A stretch of DNA of 63,987 bases, filler included, from Octopus bimaculoides (lineage: Eukaryota): assembly GCF_001194135.2 (NCBI RefSeq). It is 5 parts of 5 records of this genome, joined end to end, with 100 filler letters (N's around TTAATTAATTAA, not from the genome) between each part and the next. Parts side by side here need not be neighbours in the genome. Positions count along the whole stretch, not along the records: positions 1 to 23,323 come from NC_068987.1; 4 more parts are not named here. One strand, given 5' to 3'. Of this stretch, positions 1 to 12,804 are shown one piece after another (the stretch's first letter is position 1; the number at the start of each line of letters is the position of its first letter). A program made the translations under genes and the position numbers. The notes below the pieces were generated by a model. It was not told where the DNA came from and made no database searches. It was given only the letters and a program-made list of their open reading frames with translations.

Positions 1-297
1 TAAAAGGAGAAAGGGCTCTATACCCCTTTCTTATTTTTTCTGACCAGGCTCCCGTGGTTTTATGGGTTTTTCCACGTGTAACCTTTCCTTATTCGAAGCG
101 CCTCCCCCTTTGGGAGTTCTATTTATTTATTTATCTATTTATTTATTTATTTATTTATTTATTATATCTTTCTCCGTTTTCTTCCTCTGTTTAGACGAAC
201 TTGCCTACCTTTTCCGACAAAACCTTTTGTAACCTTCGTCCTGTCTTTGTCGTTAGATGTTTTTAATTGATATTAGCCCTTGTGGCCAATAAAACGA

Positions 298-345
<48 letters not shown>
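1..345 (+). mobile_element. Probable 3' end of a retroposon with AATAAA and a (TTA)n tail
   Basis: AATAAA at 288-293 is followed directly by (TTA)n then (TTG)n. Family cannot be determined. Confidence 0.35.
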
Positions 346-381
<36 letters not shown>

Positions 382-464
382 GGTTAAGAGCGGTTAAGAG
401 CGCGGGCTACTAACCTCAAGATTCCGAATTCGAAGTAGTGACCTGAACAATAATGATAATAATG

Positions 465-507
<43 letters not shown>

Positions 508-672
508 CAACAACATCGAAAAATACCTTAGGAATGAGAACCCAAGTTCGAAATTTCCCCAAGACACCTGAAGAAGGCTGGAGGGTATATCAGCCGAAAC
601 ATTGTGTTAACAACAAACAAGATGAGGACAAATATCCATCCAATGTACATAATGTAAATAATGTAAAAATAA
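382..672 (+). mobile_element. SINE-like element 'B': tRNA-like head + (AAT)n + hammerhead-containing tail
   Basis: Truncated head GGTTAAGAGCGCGGGCTACTAACC..GAATTCGA, (AAT)n at 449-503, then a tail shared with the copies at 55143-55671. Confidence 0.75.
563..608 (+). ncRNA. Minimal type I hammerhead ribozyme motif (stem III damaged)
   Basis: gacac-CTGAAGA-a-GGCTG/gagggtatat/CAGCC-GAAA-CATT-gtgtt. Stems I and II pair; the sister copy has GAAACGTT, so G>A at 601 breaks the ACGT palindrome. Confidence 0.7.
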
Positions 673-1263
673 CTTCTTTTGCTACAAAACTTCCATGTAT
701 GTTTCTGTTGCGCGCGCGTGCACACACACACACGCATACACACACACACACATAGACACACACCCTAGGTAAAACTTCAGTACAAATTATGTCATTTCTT
801 GCTGTGTGCATGCACAAAATTACAGTGCAACTTCAATTGAAATAACTTTTTTTATTTTGTAATTCGTGTTTGTGATGAGTGTATTTAAAAAATTGATCTT
901 CAATATAAACTAAATTAAGATTCACTGACAAAATGTGATAAAACTGAAATTGGTGTAGAATTATCATAAATGTCAGACTTACTCCCCAATGCCTTCCATA
1001 TATGATTAATTTAAACTAAAATTGTCTCCCTTACCTTTTTTGACTAGAATTAATCATTCACACAATGATTAATTTCATCATTATATATTTGATAAATATG
1101 AAATATGTTAACACCCACTTCAGTATTTTTACTTAATCATTTTTTAAATTATCAACCTATCCAATGTTTATATCTAAAACCCTTTATATCCCTCTAACCA
1201 TTCTAAGATTTGTAGTTACAGTTAGACTAAGCTTCCCTAATGAGGTGTAATGTCTGGATCAGC

Positions 1264-1470
1264 AATTAGTTTTCAAACTTTTTTGTCGTGACCCATTTTA
1301 TTTATCTCACAACCCATTGAAGGGTCAGGACCCACAGTTTGAAAAATGCTAGTTATATTCTGCACTTTGCACCCACTTGCATTTTTTCTTTCCTTCTTTT
1401 TTGTTGCGACCCATGTTATTTATCTTGTGACCCATTGAAGGGCCAGGACCCACAGTTTGAAAAATGCTGA
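1264..1470. repeat. Degenerate short MITE-like unit, locally duplicated
   Basis: TTTTCAAACTT...AGTTTGAAAA terminal complementarity; the GACCCAT...GACCCACAGTTTGAAAAATGCT block occurs twice. Confidence 0.4.
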
Positions 1471-1654
1471 GTTAGACTAAGCTTGTATGATTAGGTCTGA
1501 TAAGACTGAAAATCACCTGGATCAGACTCTCTACTTATGGCTTTCTGAATTCAATCAATTTTTTTTTTTTTTTTTTTTACCAGAATTAGTCATTTAAAGA
1601 ATAATTTGTTATCATTACTAAGGATGTAAATTAATTAAAATTGCTTACTGCATC

Positions 1655-2160
1655 AAGTAGGTGAGTGCCTGGCTTGACACGTAAAATACACCATTTCGAG
1701 CGCGGCCGTTGATTGTTAAGAACGTCGCATCCTTGGCACTTGTGCCAGTGGCACGTGAAAAGACATTCAAGCAAGATTATTGCCAGTGCCGATGGACTGG
1801 ATCCTGTGCAGGTGACACGTAAAATACACCATTTCGAGCGTCGCCGTTGCCAGTAAGACATTCGAGCGAGATCGTTGCCAGTGCTGATGGACTGGCTCCT
1901 GTGCAGGTGGCACGTAAAATACACCATTTCGAGCATGGCCGTCGCCGGTACTGCTTGACTGGCCTTCGTGCTGGTGGCACGTAAAAGCATCCACTACACT
2001 CTTGGAGTGGTTGGCGTTAGGAAGGGCATCCAGCTGTAGAAACTCTGCCAAATCAGATTGGAGCCTGGTGTCGCCTCCTGGTCCACCAGTCCTTAGTCAA
2101 ATCATCCAACCTATGCTAGCATGGAAAGTGGACATTAAACGACGATGATGATGATGATAG
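1655..2160 (+). mobile_element. RTE-associated 3'UTR / non-autonomous element with internal tandem units and a (GAT)n tail
   Basis: Repeated CACGTAAAATACACCATTTCGAGC units, then GTTAGGAAGGGCATCCAGCTGTAGAAAC...TTAAACGACGATGATGATGAT; the same block ends the RTE LINE at 8098-8560. Confidence 0.7.
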
Positions 2161-2264
2161 GCAACTGCCCAGTTTATAGAATAGGAAGTTGGCATTATGA
2201 AGATGTTTTATGCCTGTCATTTGAAAGAAAAATTGATATTAAATCATCTAGTGGAGGATTGGCA

Positions 2265-3185
2265 AAATCGTTACAACATTGGAAAACATGCCTTATGGTA
2301 CGTGTTCTGGTTTTTTACATTCTGAGTTCAAATCCCACCTTTCATTGCTTTGTGTTCAATAATAAAAAGCACTCCTCAAGTACTCGGGGAGATGGTATGA
2401 ACTAACTTTCCCCACAAAATTGTTAGAAATGATTATTAAATTTTCAAGTGTGGGTAAATGGCAGAAACTGTGTGTATTGACTGAACAGGATGCATTTTGC
2501 TATTTAGTTTTATCTATTCATGTTCTGAGTTCAAACCCAACCTTATCATCTTTCTGAAGGTCAATAAAATGAAGTATGAGTTTAGTACTGGAATCGATGT
2601 ATATTGACTGTTCTCTCCCACAAAATTTGTGTTTTTTTTTATCTTTGTTAGAAATCAGTATCATTAACTCTTAAGTAATCTGTATTAACTTTCCCCTACC
2701 CTAGTAAGTGTCTGTCAAAGTTAGGAGTGCCATGGCATCTGTAGGTAGTAATAGAATTCATTATATCATTCAAGTGAAATAATGAATTCTATCACTAACC
2801 ATTTCTAACATAAGCACAAGGCCACAAATTTTGAGGAAGGATTCATCAATTAATTCCATTAATCCTTCCCTGGTTCTTGATTGCTGCTCTATTTATCAAT
2901 CCCTGTAGGAAGAAAGGCAATGCTGACCTTGGCAGCATATGGACTTAAGAAGTAGAAAGCCTGAACAAAAACTGTTTTGACTGAGGCTCTAATGATTCTG
3001 CCAATCCAAAACTTTTGACATAGACATAAGGTGATAGATTTGGGAAAGGTCAATCAATTAAATCAATCCACTATTTGACTGGTCCTTTTTTTTTATTGAT
3101 CTCCAGAAAGAAAAGGCAAAGTTGACCTTGGCAGGATTTGAAGTCAACATAATGAGCCAGAACAAATATTGCAAGGCTCCAACAT
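2265..3185. mobile_element. Cluster of four degenerate copies of SINE family 'C' (two +, two -)
   Basis: GTTCTGAGTTCAAA..C(C)TTTCAT.. blocks at about 2320 and 2520 (+) and reverse complements at about 2900-2990 and 3110-3180; they match better copies at 19636-20050. Confidence 0.55.
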
Positions 3186-3342
3186 TGCTGTTAGTCTACA
3201 AGGCTTTGCTTTGCTCATAAAAATAATGATTTCTTGTCTTAAAGTGAAAGAAAACTTTATAATTTCTTTATTACAATAAAATTTTATGTATTGTTTAATA
3301 ATATTTGATAAGGTTTACATATCTTCTTTGTTTCACTTTCAG

Positions 3343-3411
3343 AGATGTTGACCAAAAGACTGGATACATCACAAAAACCATCTTATGTATGCCTATATTC
3401 ATCCGAGGAAA
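3343..3411 (+). CDS. PDE10A: Internal exon of a PDE10A-like cGMP/cAMP phosphodiesterase (GAF-B domain)
   Basis: Polypyrimidine tract + AG at 3341-3342 and donor GTGAGT at 3412; 69 nt, phase 2/2. Translates DVDQKTGYITKTILCMPIFIRG, matching the recalled PDE10 GAF-B motif TGYTTRNILCMPI..RG. Family assignment is from memory, not a search. Confidence 0.85.
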
Positions 3412-4813
3412 GTGAGTTAATCAGCTTTTATAGTCTTTAAGAATGGTTTTGACCAGAGACAGAAGGCCGCAGATGTACTCATAATTTTGTTGAAGTCAGG
3501 TGGCTTTAAGTTATTGATCTTTAAATAATTAGAGGACCTACTACTTTAGCTGTTGTCATTATTGTTATTGAACTTCAGGTCAATCCTGTACAGGCAAACA
3601 TATGACCAAACTTATTTCACTCATGTTCACCCTATTTTTCAAACTGTTATTTTTAGCAGATTGAGTGACTACATTTGTGAATTAGCTGCATAAGACTGAG
3701 TTACAAGTTATCCAACATCAGCTGAAGTTTTGGTAGTTTGTAGCCTGTCACAGTGTGTTCAAGGCCAAGACAATCTGTCTGTAAGCAAATGCCTCAGGCT
3801 GGGGTAGTTTCACCTCTGCAAGCAGTTGTAGCACTGTCAATTTGACAAGTGCAAAGTTCATTTCCTTGTGATATATGCAACAGGTTAGTGTCCTATCCAC
3901 ATGCACATCAGCTCAAACTAGAATTAAGATTCTGACTCAAGGAAACCTTGAGGTTTTGTGAAAGATTCAATTCTAATTGGTGTGTTTGTATTTTACCATT
4001 TATCTTTTTTTTTATGGGTAAACCTTCCTGCACAAAGGAGTGTTTACTATAGTGAGTAAACACTCAAGTAATTACTCACTCCTCTATCTACATAAGAAAG
4101 AAATGAAATACTCACATTTTCTTCAGTTGTTCTGCTAAAAAGAAAATGAAAACTTGCTTACAAGTAAAAAATGTACTATATTCACTATCCTGTTTGAGTA
4201 AATGAGAACAGCAGAACTTATAAAGGAGGGTTTCTATGGGTTGCTTGTCCTGCTACAAATGACAGCCAAATCTCCATTAAAAAAAGGAAGGACACAATGC
4301 ATAAGATCACACTAGATACAGTACTTTTATTTTCTGAATGAAAGAAAGGATAGTTATGCCTTTGATCATTTACCTGCTCGATAATGGCTGACTTAGAGTT
4401 AAAGAACAACAGTAACAACTATCTTAACTGATGGTTTGCCCATTGGTCAAACATGTACAAGTCTTAACAGATACTTCACAATGCATCTGAAGCACAGACT
4501 AAATAAAAGTTTATTCAACATATGAATATTCCACTGTATACATATTTATTCATAACCCACTGTATATTTGTGGTCTAGTTATTTACACACACATTATATA
4601 AATACAAATACATACATACATACATACATACATACATACATACATTAAGGCAATGGTTGATACTCCTCACTTGGGTGTAACATGACTCAATTAACATTTC
4701 ATAGCTCTCTACATTATAGGTGTTTGCTTCAACGGTATATCTTGTGTCCACTATATATCTATCTCATGTTTTGTTGATTATGCATAACTATTCTATTTAT
4801 TTTCATTTCCTAG

Positions 4814-4928
4814 AGTTATCGGTGTTGTCCAAATGGTAAATAAATTAAATGGAGTTTTTACCAAAGATGATGAAGAAGCTTTTGAAGCATTTGCAGTTTA
4901 CTGTGGCCTTGCTCTGCACCATGCAAAG
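4814..4928 (+). CDS. PDE10A: Internal exon of the PDE10A-like gene (GAF-B C-terminal part)
   Basis: TAG acceptor ends at 4813, GT donor at 4929; 115 nt, phase 2/0. Splices in frame to the previous exon (AA+A = Lys): [38 protein letters not shown]. Confidence 0.88.
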
Positions 4929-5306
4929 GTAAAAATAACAACAACTTTAACTGAGAAAGAGTTTTATTAACCTAGGAACTTATAAATGTGTATTAGTGGA
5001 GGATAATAACATGTTAAATGACATAATTGATACATATGATGAGTGCTCAGGTTGAATATGTGCCTAAACTCCAGCATTAAGGAAAGGATGTGATACTTGC
5101 ATAAATGAAGATTGGCTACAGGCAATGTATCAGTTGAGTTTGTTTAGGTATAACAGAACAAAAGCAGTCAATAGTTTATAAAATATTTATGCTTATATAA
5201 TACATAGAAGAGAAACCTACAATATACCTAGAAATATTATACTCCTACCTACATTTCTTGACACTCTTGTTAAATATATAGATATTAAATATTGACATTT
5301 ACAATA

Positions 5307-6588
5307 TATTTGGTCATCCCATAAATAATGTGGGTTTTTTTTCAGTAGCATGAACTAAAAGTCGGAGGGGGACAGGATAAACTACCATCAATTTGCAATA
5401 AAAGCAGGTAGTTTACCTTGTACTTATTCCTAGTGCAAATTTTGAAAAGTGCAGTTCGATTTTAACAGTTATTTTTTCAAAGCTATAATGCAAGTGGCAA
5501 AGGATCATATTTGGCATATTTTGCTTTATGATTTCAATAAAGGCAACAATGCAACAGAAAGTGTGAGGAATATTAATGCAGCATATGGGGATCAGACAAT
5601 AAGCGTAAGCCAGTGTCAACTGTGGTTTCAATTCTGGGGCAGAATTACAGCCTAGAAAATGAGCCTTCTCCTGCAAGATCTGTAGAGATCAATGAAGATG
5701 CCCTCCAAACCCTGGTGGAACAAAATCCCATCGTAACTCTAGAGAAACTAACAGAGAAGCTTGAATTCGGTCAGTCAACCATTCATCAACACCTGCATGC
5801 CATTGGAAAAGTCAGCAAATTGGATCAGTGGGTTCCTCACAAACTTTCCGAGTCTAATCAAGTGCAGGGAGTGAATGTGTACTCTTCTTTGCTGTCACAT
5901 CTCATGAATAAACTCTTTTTGGACAAATAGTGACTGGTGATGAGAAATAGGTTCTCTATAAAAATGTCAAGCACTGAAGACAGTGGGTAGGGAAAGGGGA
6001 AACACCAGCACCGCAGGCTAAAGAAGGTCTTCATCCACGTAAGGTGTTGTTATTTATTTGGTGGGATATGAAGGGTTTAGTCTACTTTGAACTTTTAAAC
6101 CCAAACCAAATGATAAAAAAGGAGATCTACTGCGAGCAGCTTAAGTGGTTTAAGTCAGCACTAGAAGAAAAATGACCATCTTTGCTTTCAAGACAAAAGG
6201 AGTTATTCCATCAGTCTAATGCTCACCCACATACAGCAAGGATGACATTCCAAAGGCTGGAGCAGTTTAAATGGGAAATGATGCACCATTCACCATATTC
6301 GTTGGACATTGCTCTATCTGATTATCATTTATTCTGCAGTCTTCAAAATCATTTGGACTGGGAAAATATGAATTCTGTAGATGAAGTCAGAAGAGTAAAG
6401 GAGGAGTATTTTTCATCACGGAGAAGTGAATTTTGGAAGAGAGGCATTGCAAGTCTAACAGATAGATGGAAGAGCCTTGTAGCAAATGAAGGGGAGAATA
6501 TTTTAGATCAAAAAAGAACTTTGTTTATCTTAATTTTGAAAAATAGAAGAAGTATAAAAAACCACATTATTTATGGGATGACCCAATA
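5307..6588 (+). mobile_element. Full-length decayed mariner transposon (1282 bp) inside a PDE intron
   Basis: TIRs TATTTGGTCATCCCATAAATAATGTGG and CCACATTATTTATGGGATGACCCAATA, flanked by TA. Transposase from ATG 5488 with WVPHKL and YSLDIALSDYHLF motifs; several stops and frameshifts. Confidence 0.93.
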
Positions 6589-7349
6589 TATATATGTATG
6601 TAAACGTATATATAGATGTGTGTGTGTGTGTGTGTGTGTATGTACGTATGTGTGTGTATCTATAATAAATTAAAAGTTAACTTGAATCTTGTTTGCTTGC
6701 AATGTTACCCAACCAAACTGGCACATAATCGGGAAATACTATGAATTAATATTTCCCTAAAATGTAAATACGAACGGAATAAAACAAATTTTGTGTAAAT
6801 TGGATAAGTGGTTAGGGAGATATTAGGGTATTCGGGATATAAATATCGAAAATGGTGCATAATGGGAAAATTCTCCGAAATTAACTTAATCCTGAAAGGC
6901 AAGTAACTCATACCTTTCAGCTAAAGACAGTAACTTGACAACGAAAAAATACGATTTGTTTTTTTTTTATTTAAGTATAATTAACATTTTTTTATTTTAA
7001 AAACAAACTATGTTTTAATTAAGCTTAAATGACAGGTCAATTCGGGGAATTTCATAGTAACAATCTCATGCAATGAAGTTATAAAAATATTTCCTTGTTC
7101 TGTACTTTACCAAATGTAATAACTTGTCCTGAACGTTTTCAAGTGTAATAACCTGTCCTGTACTTTTCCAGGTTTATAATCTTAAGAATATTATTTCACT
7201 TGCTCGCATTTTTCTATGTAATACTAATATGGATATTCAATTTTGTTTAGTTGTATGTAAAAAAAATATAGGAGGGGAGAGGATTATGTAAACGGAGAAT
7301 GATTTTGGAGTATACAGAAGCTGTGTGATTTTGAAGTACACAGGTGATT

Positions 7350-8061
7350 CTTTTATTCTTTTATTTGTTTCAGTCATTTGACTGCAGCCACGCTGGAGCA
7401 CCTTTNNNNNNNNNNNNNNNNNNNNNNNNNNNNNNNNNNNNNNNNNNNNNNNNNNNNNNNNNNNNNNNNNNNNNNNNNNNNNNNNNNNNNNNNNNNNNNN
7501 NNNNNNNNNNNNNNNNNNNNNNNNNNNNNNNNNNNNNNNNNNNNNNNNNNNNNNNNNNNNNNNNNNNNNNNNNNNNNNNNNNNNNNNNNNNNNNNNNNNN
7601 NNNNNNNNNNNNNNNNNNNNNNNNNNNNNNNNNNNNNNNNNNNNNNNNNNNNNNNNNNNNNNNNNNNNNNNNNNNNNNNNNNNNNNNNNNNNNNNNNNNN
7701 NNNNNNNNNNNNNNNNNNNNNNNNNNNNNNNNNNNNNNNNNNNNNNNNNNNNNNNNNNNNNNNNNNNNNNNNNNNNNNNNNNNNNNNNNNNNNNNNNNNN
7801 NNNNNNNNNNNNNNNNNNNNNNNNNNNNNNNNNNNNNNNNNNNNNNNNNNNNNNNNNNNNNNNNNNNNNNNNNNNNNNNNNNNNNNNNNNNNTATATACG
7901 ACGGGCTTCCTTCAGTTTCCGTCTACCAAATCCACTCACAAGGCTTTGGTTGGCCCGAGGCTATAGTAGAAGACATTTGCCCAAGGTGCCACTCAAGGGG
8001 ACTGAACCCGGAACCATGTGGTTAGTAAGCAAGCTACTTACCACACAGCCACTCCTGCACC
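7350..8061 (-). mobile_element. SINE family 'A' copy (interrupted by a gap)
   Basis: TTTCAGTCATTTGACTGC..CATGCTGGAGCACC 3' end and ACTGAACCCGGAACCATGTGG..ACCACACAGCC tRNA-like 5' end, recurring many times in the window. Confidence 0.85.
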
Positions 8062-8097
8062 TGTACGTACACATTAATTTAAATTGTGTAGATCATT

Positions 8098-11000
8098 TCT
8101 ATCATCATCATCGTTTAATGGCTGGCATGGGTCGGACGGTTTGACTAAGGACTGGCAAGCCAAGAGGCTACACCAGGCTCCAGTCTGATCTGGCAAGGTT
8201 TCTACAGCTGGATGCCCTTCCTAACACCAACCACTCCGAGAGTATAGTGGATGCTTTTATGTACCACCGGCATAGAGGCCAGTCAGGCAGCACTGGCATC
8301 GACCACGCTTCAATGGTGCTTTTTACGTGCCACCGGCAAGAGAGCCTGTCAGGAGGCATTGACATCGACCACGCTGGAACGGTGCTTTTTACATGCCACC
8401 AGCACTGGCATCGGCCATGCTTGAATGGTGCTATTTACGTGACACTAGTACGGGTACCAGTCAGGTAGCACTTGCATTGGCCATGACTACGATTTCACTT
8501 GACTCAACAGATCTTCTCAAGTACAGCACATTGCCCGACAATTGAAGGTTACTTTTAAATGAGCCTGTTATGCAACACTGGCATCGGCTATGGCTACAAT
8601 CTCACTTGGTTTGCTGGGTTTTCTCAAGCACAGCATATCTCCAACAGTCTCGGTCGCTTGTCATTGCCCCTGTGAGGCCCAACGTGCGACGGTCATGCTT
8701 CACCACCTCATCCCATATCGTCTTCGTGGGTTTTTCTCTTCCATAGGTTCCCTTCACTGTTTGGGTGTGACACTTCTTCACACAGCTGTCCTCATCCATA
8801 CACAACACATGACCATACCAGCACAGTTGTCTCTCTTGCTCACCACATTTGATGCTTCTTTTGTAGAACTTTTCTCTCAGAGTGCTTACACTTTGTCGTG
8901 CATGCACACTGACATTATACATTCAGCAGAGCATACTAGTTTCATATCTTTCAAGCCTATGCATGTCCTCAGCAGTCACAGCCCATGTTTCACTGCCGTA
9001 TAGCACGGCTGTTCATGCACATGCATCATACAGTCTACATTTCACTCTGAGCGAGAGGCCCTTTGTTACCAGCAAAAGTAGGAGTTCTCTGAACTTTGCC
9101 CAGGCTATTCTTATTTTAGCAGCTACACTACTGACTTGGTCACCTAGGTAACGGAAGCTATAAACTACTTCTAGTTTTTTTCCCCCTAGCATGTGATAGA
9201 ATCTGTTTTCTGTACATCTTCAGTGTTTATTGCCCTTGTGCATCTGCCACGCACAAAAACTTCCCAGTTAACCTTCCTTTGATATTGCTGCACCTCTTAT
9301 GTGTCCATAGCTTACACTGGGTACATCTTATGGAGTTTTGACCTATGCCTTTTCTACAGAATGAGCAGGGTCATCTACGTCAAGGGATCTGTGATTTGTC
9401 TGCCTTCCTACTTACTAAGACTTTGATTTTTGCTAGTTTGACTCTAAGGCCCTTCAGTTCTAGACTTTGGTTCCACACCTGAAACATCTTCTCTAGTTCT
9501 GGTAGTAACTCAGCTATTAGAGCAAGGTCATCAGCATAGAGGAGCTCCCAGGGACATCTTGTCTTGAATTCGTCTGTTATTACATGGAGGACTGTGATGA
9601 ATAAAAGGGGGCTGAGAACTGATCCTTGGTGAACCTTTACTTCTACCCAGAATTCTTTACTATACTCGTTGCTAATCCTCACCTTACTGACAGCATCTCT
9701 GTAAATGGCTTGTACACCTCTCACCAACCTCTTATCTATACCTAGTTTCCACATTGAGCACCAGATAAGGGATCGGGGGAACCCTGTCAAAGGCTTTATC
9801 CATGTCAACAAAAGCCAAGTACAGAGGTTTATCTTTGGCTAGGAATTTCTCCTGCAGCTGTCTTACCAGAAATATAGCATCAGTGGTGCTTCTCCCTGGC
9901 ACAAACCCACTCTGAATCTCATCTGAACTAACTTTCTCCCTAATTAGTTGACTTTCATCACCTAATCTAACAATTTGATACCGCTGTAATTATTCTTATG
10001 TAATGCGTCACCTTTACCTTTGTAGCTGTTGACTATGGTGCTGCTACACCAGTCATTGGGTATGACTCCTTCATGTATCACCTGGTTGACTATATGGGTG
10101 ACTAGACTATAGTCTTCACCGCTGGATATTTTAAGCATCTCAGCAGTGATTCCTGATGGACCAGGTGCTTTCTCTGTCTTCATACTCTTAGTTGCTTTAT
10201 CTACCAAGGTACTGTCAATTTGAATAGCTGGTCGCTCTGTTGGATCGACATTTGGCAAACTCTTTTTCCCATTCATTCTCTTCATTTAACAACCTTTCAT
10301 AGTGGCATCTCTAAATCTCTCTCATTGCAGCGTCATTAAATGTAAGTGAGCCATCATCCATGTGGACACATTTCTCTCCTATGACATCATGATTCTCTCT
10401 CACACACTGTCCTACAATACGAAACACTTAAAGACTCTTGTCCTCACGACACAGAACATTGGCAAATTTTTTCTTATCTGCTTCCCCTCTGGCTAAATAA
10501 ACCTGTCTTCTACCTTCCCCTCTAAGTAAATTTGTTTCATAGTTTCCTTTCTGCAATCTGATACAGTTCCCTGCTACCACCACACTTCCAATCCTTCCAT
10601 GTCTGTTTCTTTTCCCTAATGGCCCTGTGAACTCCATTGTTCCACCACCATGTTACCTTAGATTGAGTGGGGACTTTGCACCAGCCACAGATCTGGTCAG
10701 TAGCCCTCAACAGGTTGTCCTCTGATCAGTAGCCCTCAGCAGGTTGTCCCGTAGGAACCTACAGTTGCTCTCCACATCATGTGATGCTATATCCTCCACT
10801 TTTTAGTCAAAAGCTTCGAGTAATATGTCTCTAAATCTCTGTCCATTCAGAGGATCCTTAAGCTTCCAGACCCTTCTTTTCCACACTGGTCTTTTTCTAG
10901 GCAGCCATTTAGCCCTCATCCTGAAGTTTCTAACTACTAACCTATATTGTGGGGTGACCCCTGGATGTTGTCCAACATGCCTGTTGAAGTCGCCAGCCAC

Positions 11001-11500
11001 AAAGAGGAGTTCCCTGTCATTCATCGACGAGGTAGCATGCAAGAGGGTGTCATAAAATTGGTCTTTCTGTTCATTAGGTAGCCCTAGCTGAAGAGCATAA
11101 GCCGAGACTAGTGGAGCATAGGCTTAGACTAGTGCTGCAACACTAGTCTAAGCTTAAGTATTCTATCACAGGCTCTGACTACCTCTATTACCTTATCAGC
11201 CCATTTCTCCACAAGGAGTTTACTCACACCCCCAACTGCATCAGTGTTCCCAACCCAGAAACTCTTATACTTATGTTCTTTGCCTGCAAGGAACCTAGCA
11301 GAACTTCCTCTCCACCATACTTCTTGGATGCAGCACAAATCTACATGTCTTTGTTCAAGCATCTCAGCAATCTCACTAGACCTACCTCTCAATGTGCCAG
11401 CATTAAGTGTGCCAACTCTGAGGGTGTGGAAGGTGTGGGCCAGCGAGACCCTAGGATGGGGGACAACAGTATTATGCATCTGAAAAGAAAGCTCGCATTA
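8098..11500 (-). mobile_element. Near full-length decayed RTE-clade LINE (APE endonuclease + RT)
   Basis: LRVGTLNAGTL..DLCCIQEV (APE, 11129-11479); VHQGSVLSPLLF..LLYADDL (RT, 9380-9811); RLCWYGHV..DCWRYAVLEKT C-terminus; 3'UTR ending in (GAT)n at about 8100. Confidence 0.92.
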
Positions 11501-11699
11501 GGCAGATCTCGTAAACATACAAATAGCCTTCAACCGGCACATACTACACTATCATTTTATTCACTACATAATCACTATGTTCAACAAGAGATAGACACTA
11601 AGTAAGGATGGAGGGGGAAGCCTTCTGTATAGTAAGCCATTAGAGGTGCTGAGGAGAAAGACATCCGGTACACACACACACGGAGGTGAATTAGCTGAG

Positions 11700-12055
11700 T
11701 TCCTTTTAAGTGTTGGGCTTCATGGAGGCAAGGTGACTGAGTTACTTTCAAGCGTTGGGTCTCATAGAGGCAATGACCAAGACCTTTGGTATTATATCGT
11801 GCTTGAGAAGAAGACCCATCAAATCGAGCAAAATCACAGTCGGGGCAGGTACCGGTGTCATGCAAATTGGCACCCTGGTGTCACACAAATGGTACGTAAA
11901 AGCACCCATTACACTCTCAGAGTTTCGAAGGGCATCCAGCTGTAGAAAACCATGCCAAATCAGACTGCAGTCTGGTGCAGCCTTTCAGTATGGCAGCCCG
12001 GTTAAACCATATAGTCCAAGCCAGCATAGACAATGGACGTTAAATGATGATGATA
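11700..12055 (+). mobile_element. 5'-truncated 3' fragment of the same RTE family
   Basis: GACCTTTGGTATTATATCGTGCTTGAGAAG matches the RTE C-terminus; followed by the same 3' block and a GATGAT tail. Confidence 0.7.
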
Positions 12056-12304
12056 CATATATATATATATATATANNNNNNNNNNNNNNNNNNNNNNNNN
12101 NNNNNNNNNNNNNNNNNNNNNNNNNNNNNNNNNNNNNNNNNNNNNNNNNNNNNNNNNNNNNNNNNNNNNNNNNNNNNNNNNNNNNNNNNNNNNNNNNNNN
12201 NNNNNNNNNNNNNNNNNNNNNNNNNNNNNNNNNNNNNNNNNNNNNNNNNNNNNNNNNNNNNNNNNNNNNNNNNNNNNNNNNNNNNNNNNNNNNNNNNNNN
12301 NNNN

Positions 12305-12372
<68 letters not shown>

Positions 12373-12804
12373 GTTCAAAGGTTATTAAATTGTTAAGAAT
12401 GTGTAAAAGTAGTCATTAATGTTATGCAATGGAAGCAAACAATAATTCGAGATGTAATGGTTATATTAAATATTATTTGTAGCTACGTTAATGCCAACTT
12501 AATGCCAAACAATTATTAATATTACCAAGTGCGTATGTTCAAAGGTTATTGAATGGTTACTAAGAATATGTAAAGGTGACTATTCATGTGAGGCAATGAG
12601 TCTAATAATAATTCTAGATGCAATGGTTATAGTCATTATTATTAGTAGTAGTATAGTTAAGTAAAAGTTTAGGAGGAAGAGAATTATATTAGCAAAGTTA
12701 CAGTTTCTAAGGATTTATACAATTTTTTTCAGTGAGAGGCACATCTCAATGTCAAACAGTTATTGATTTTATATATTATATTATATTATGTTACTCTCTT
12801 CTTG

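Noticed and set aside
1655-1990. Repeat-spacer appearance resembling a CRISPR array
   Set aside because: Eukaryotic context, irregular degenerate units, part of an RTE 3'UTR, and no cas genes.
7344-8144. Long ORFs spanning N gaps (also near 29.5, 33.7, 35.4, 46.9 and 56.8 kb)
   Set aside because: Their length comes from X codons in gaps; they have no coding evidence.
11500-11700. Possible HDV-like ribozyme at RTE or Dong 5' ends (also about 22100-22300)
   Set aside because: I could not build the nested double pseudoknot by eye; a descriptor search would be needed.
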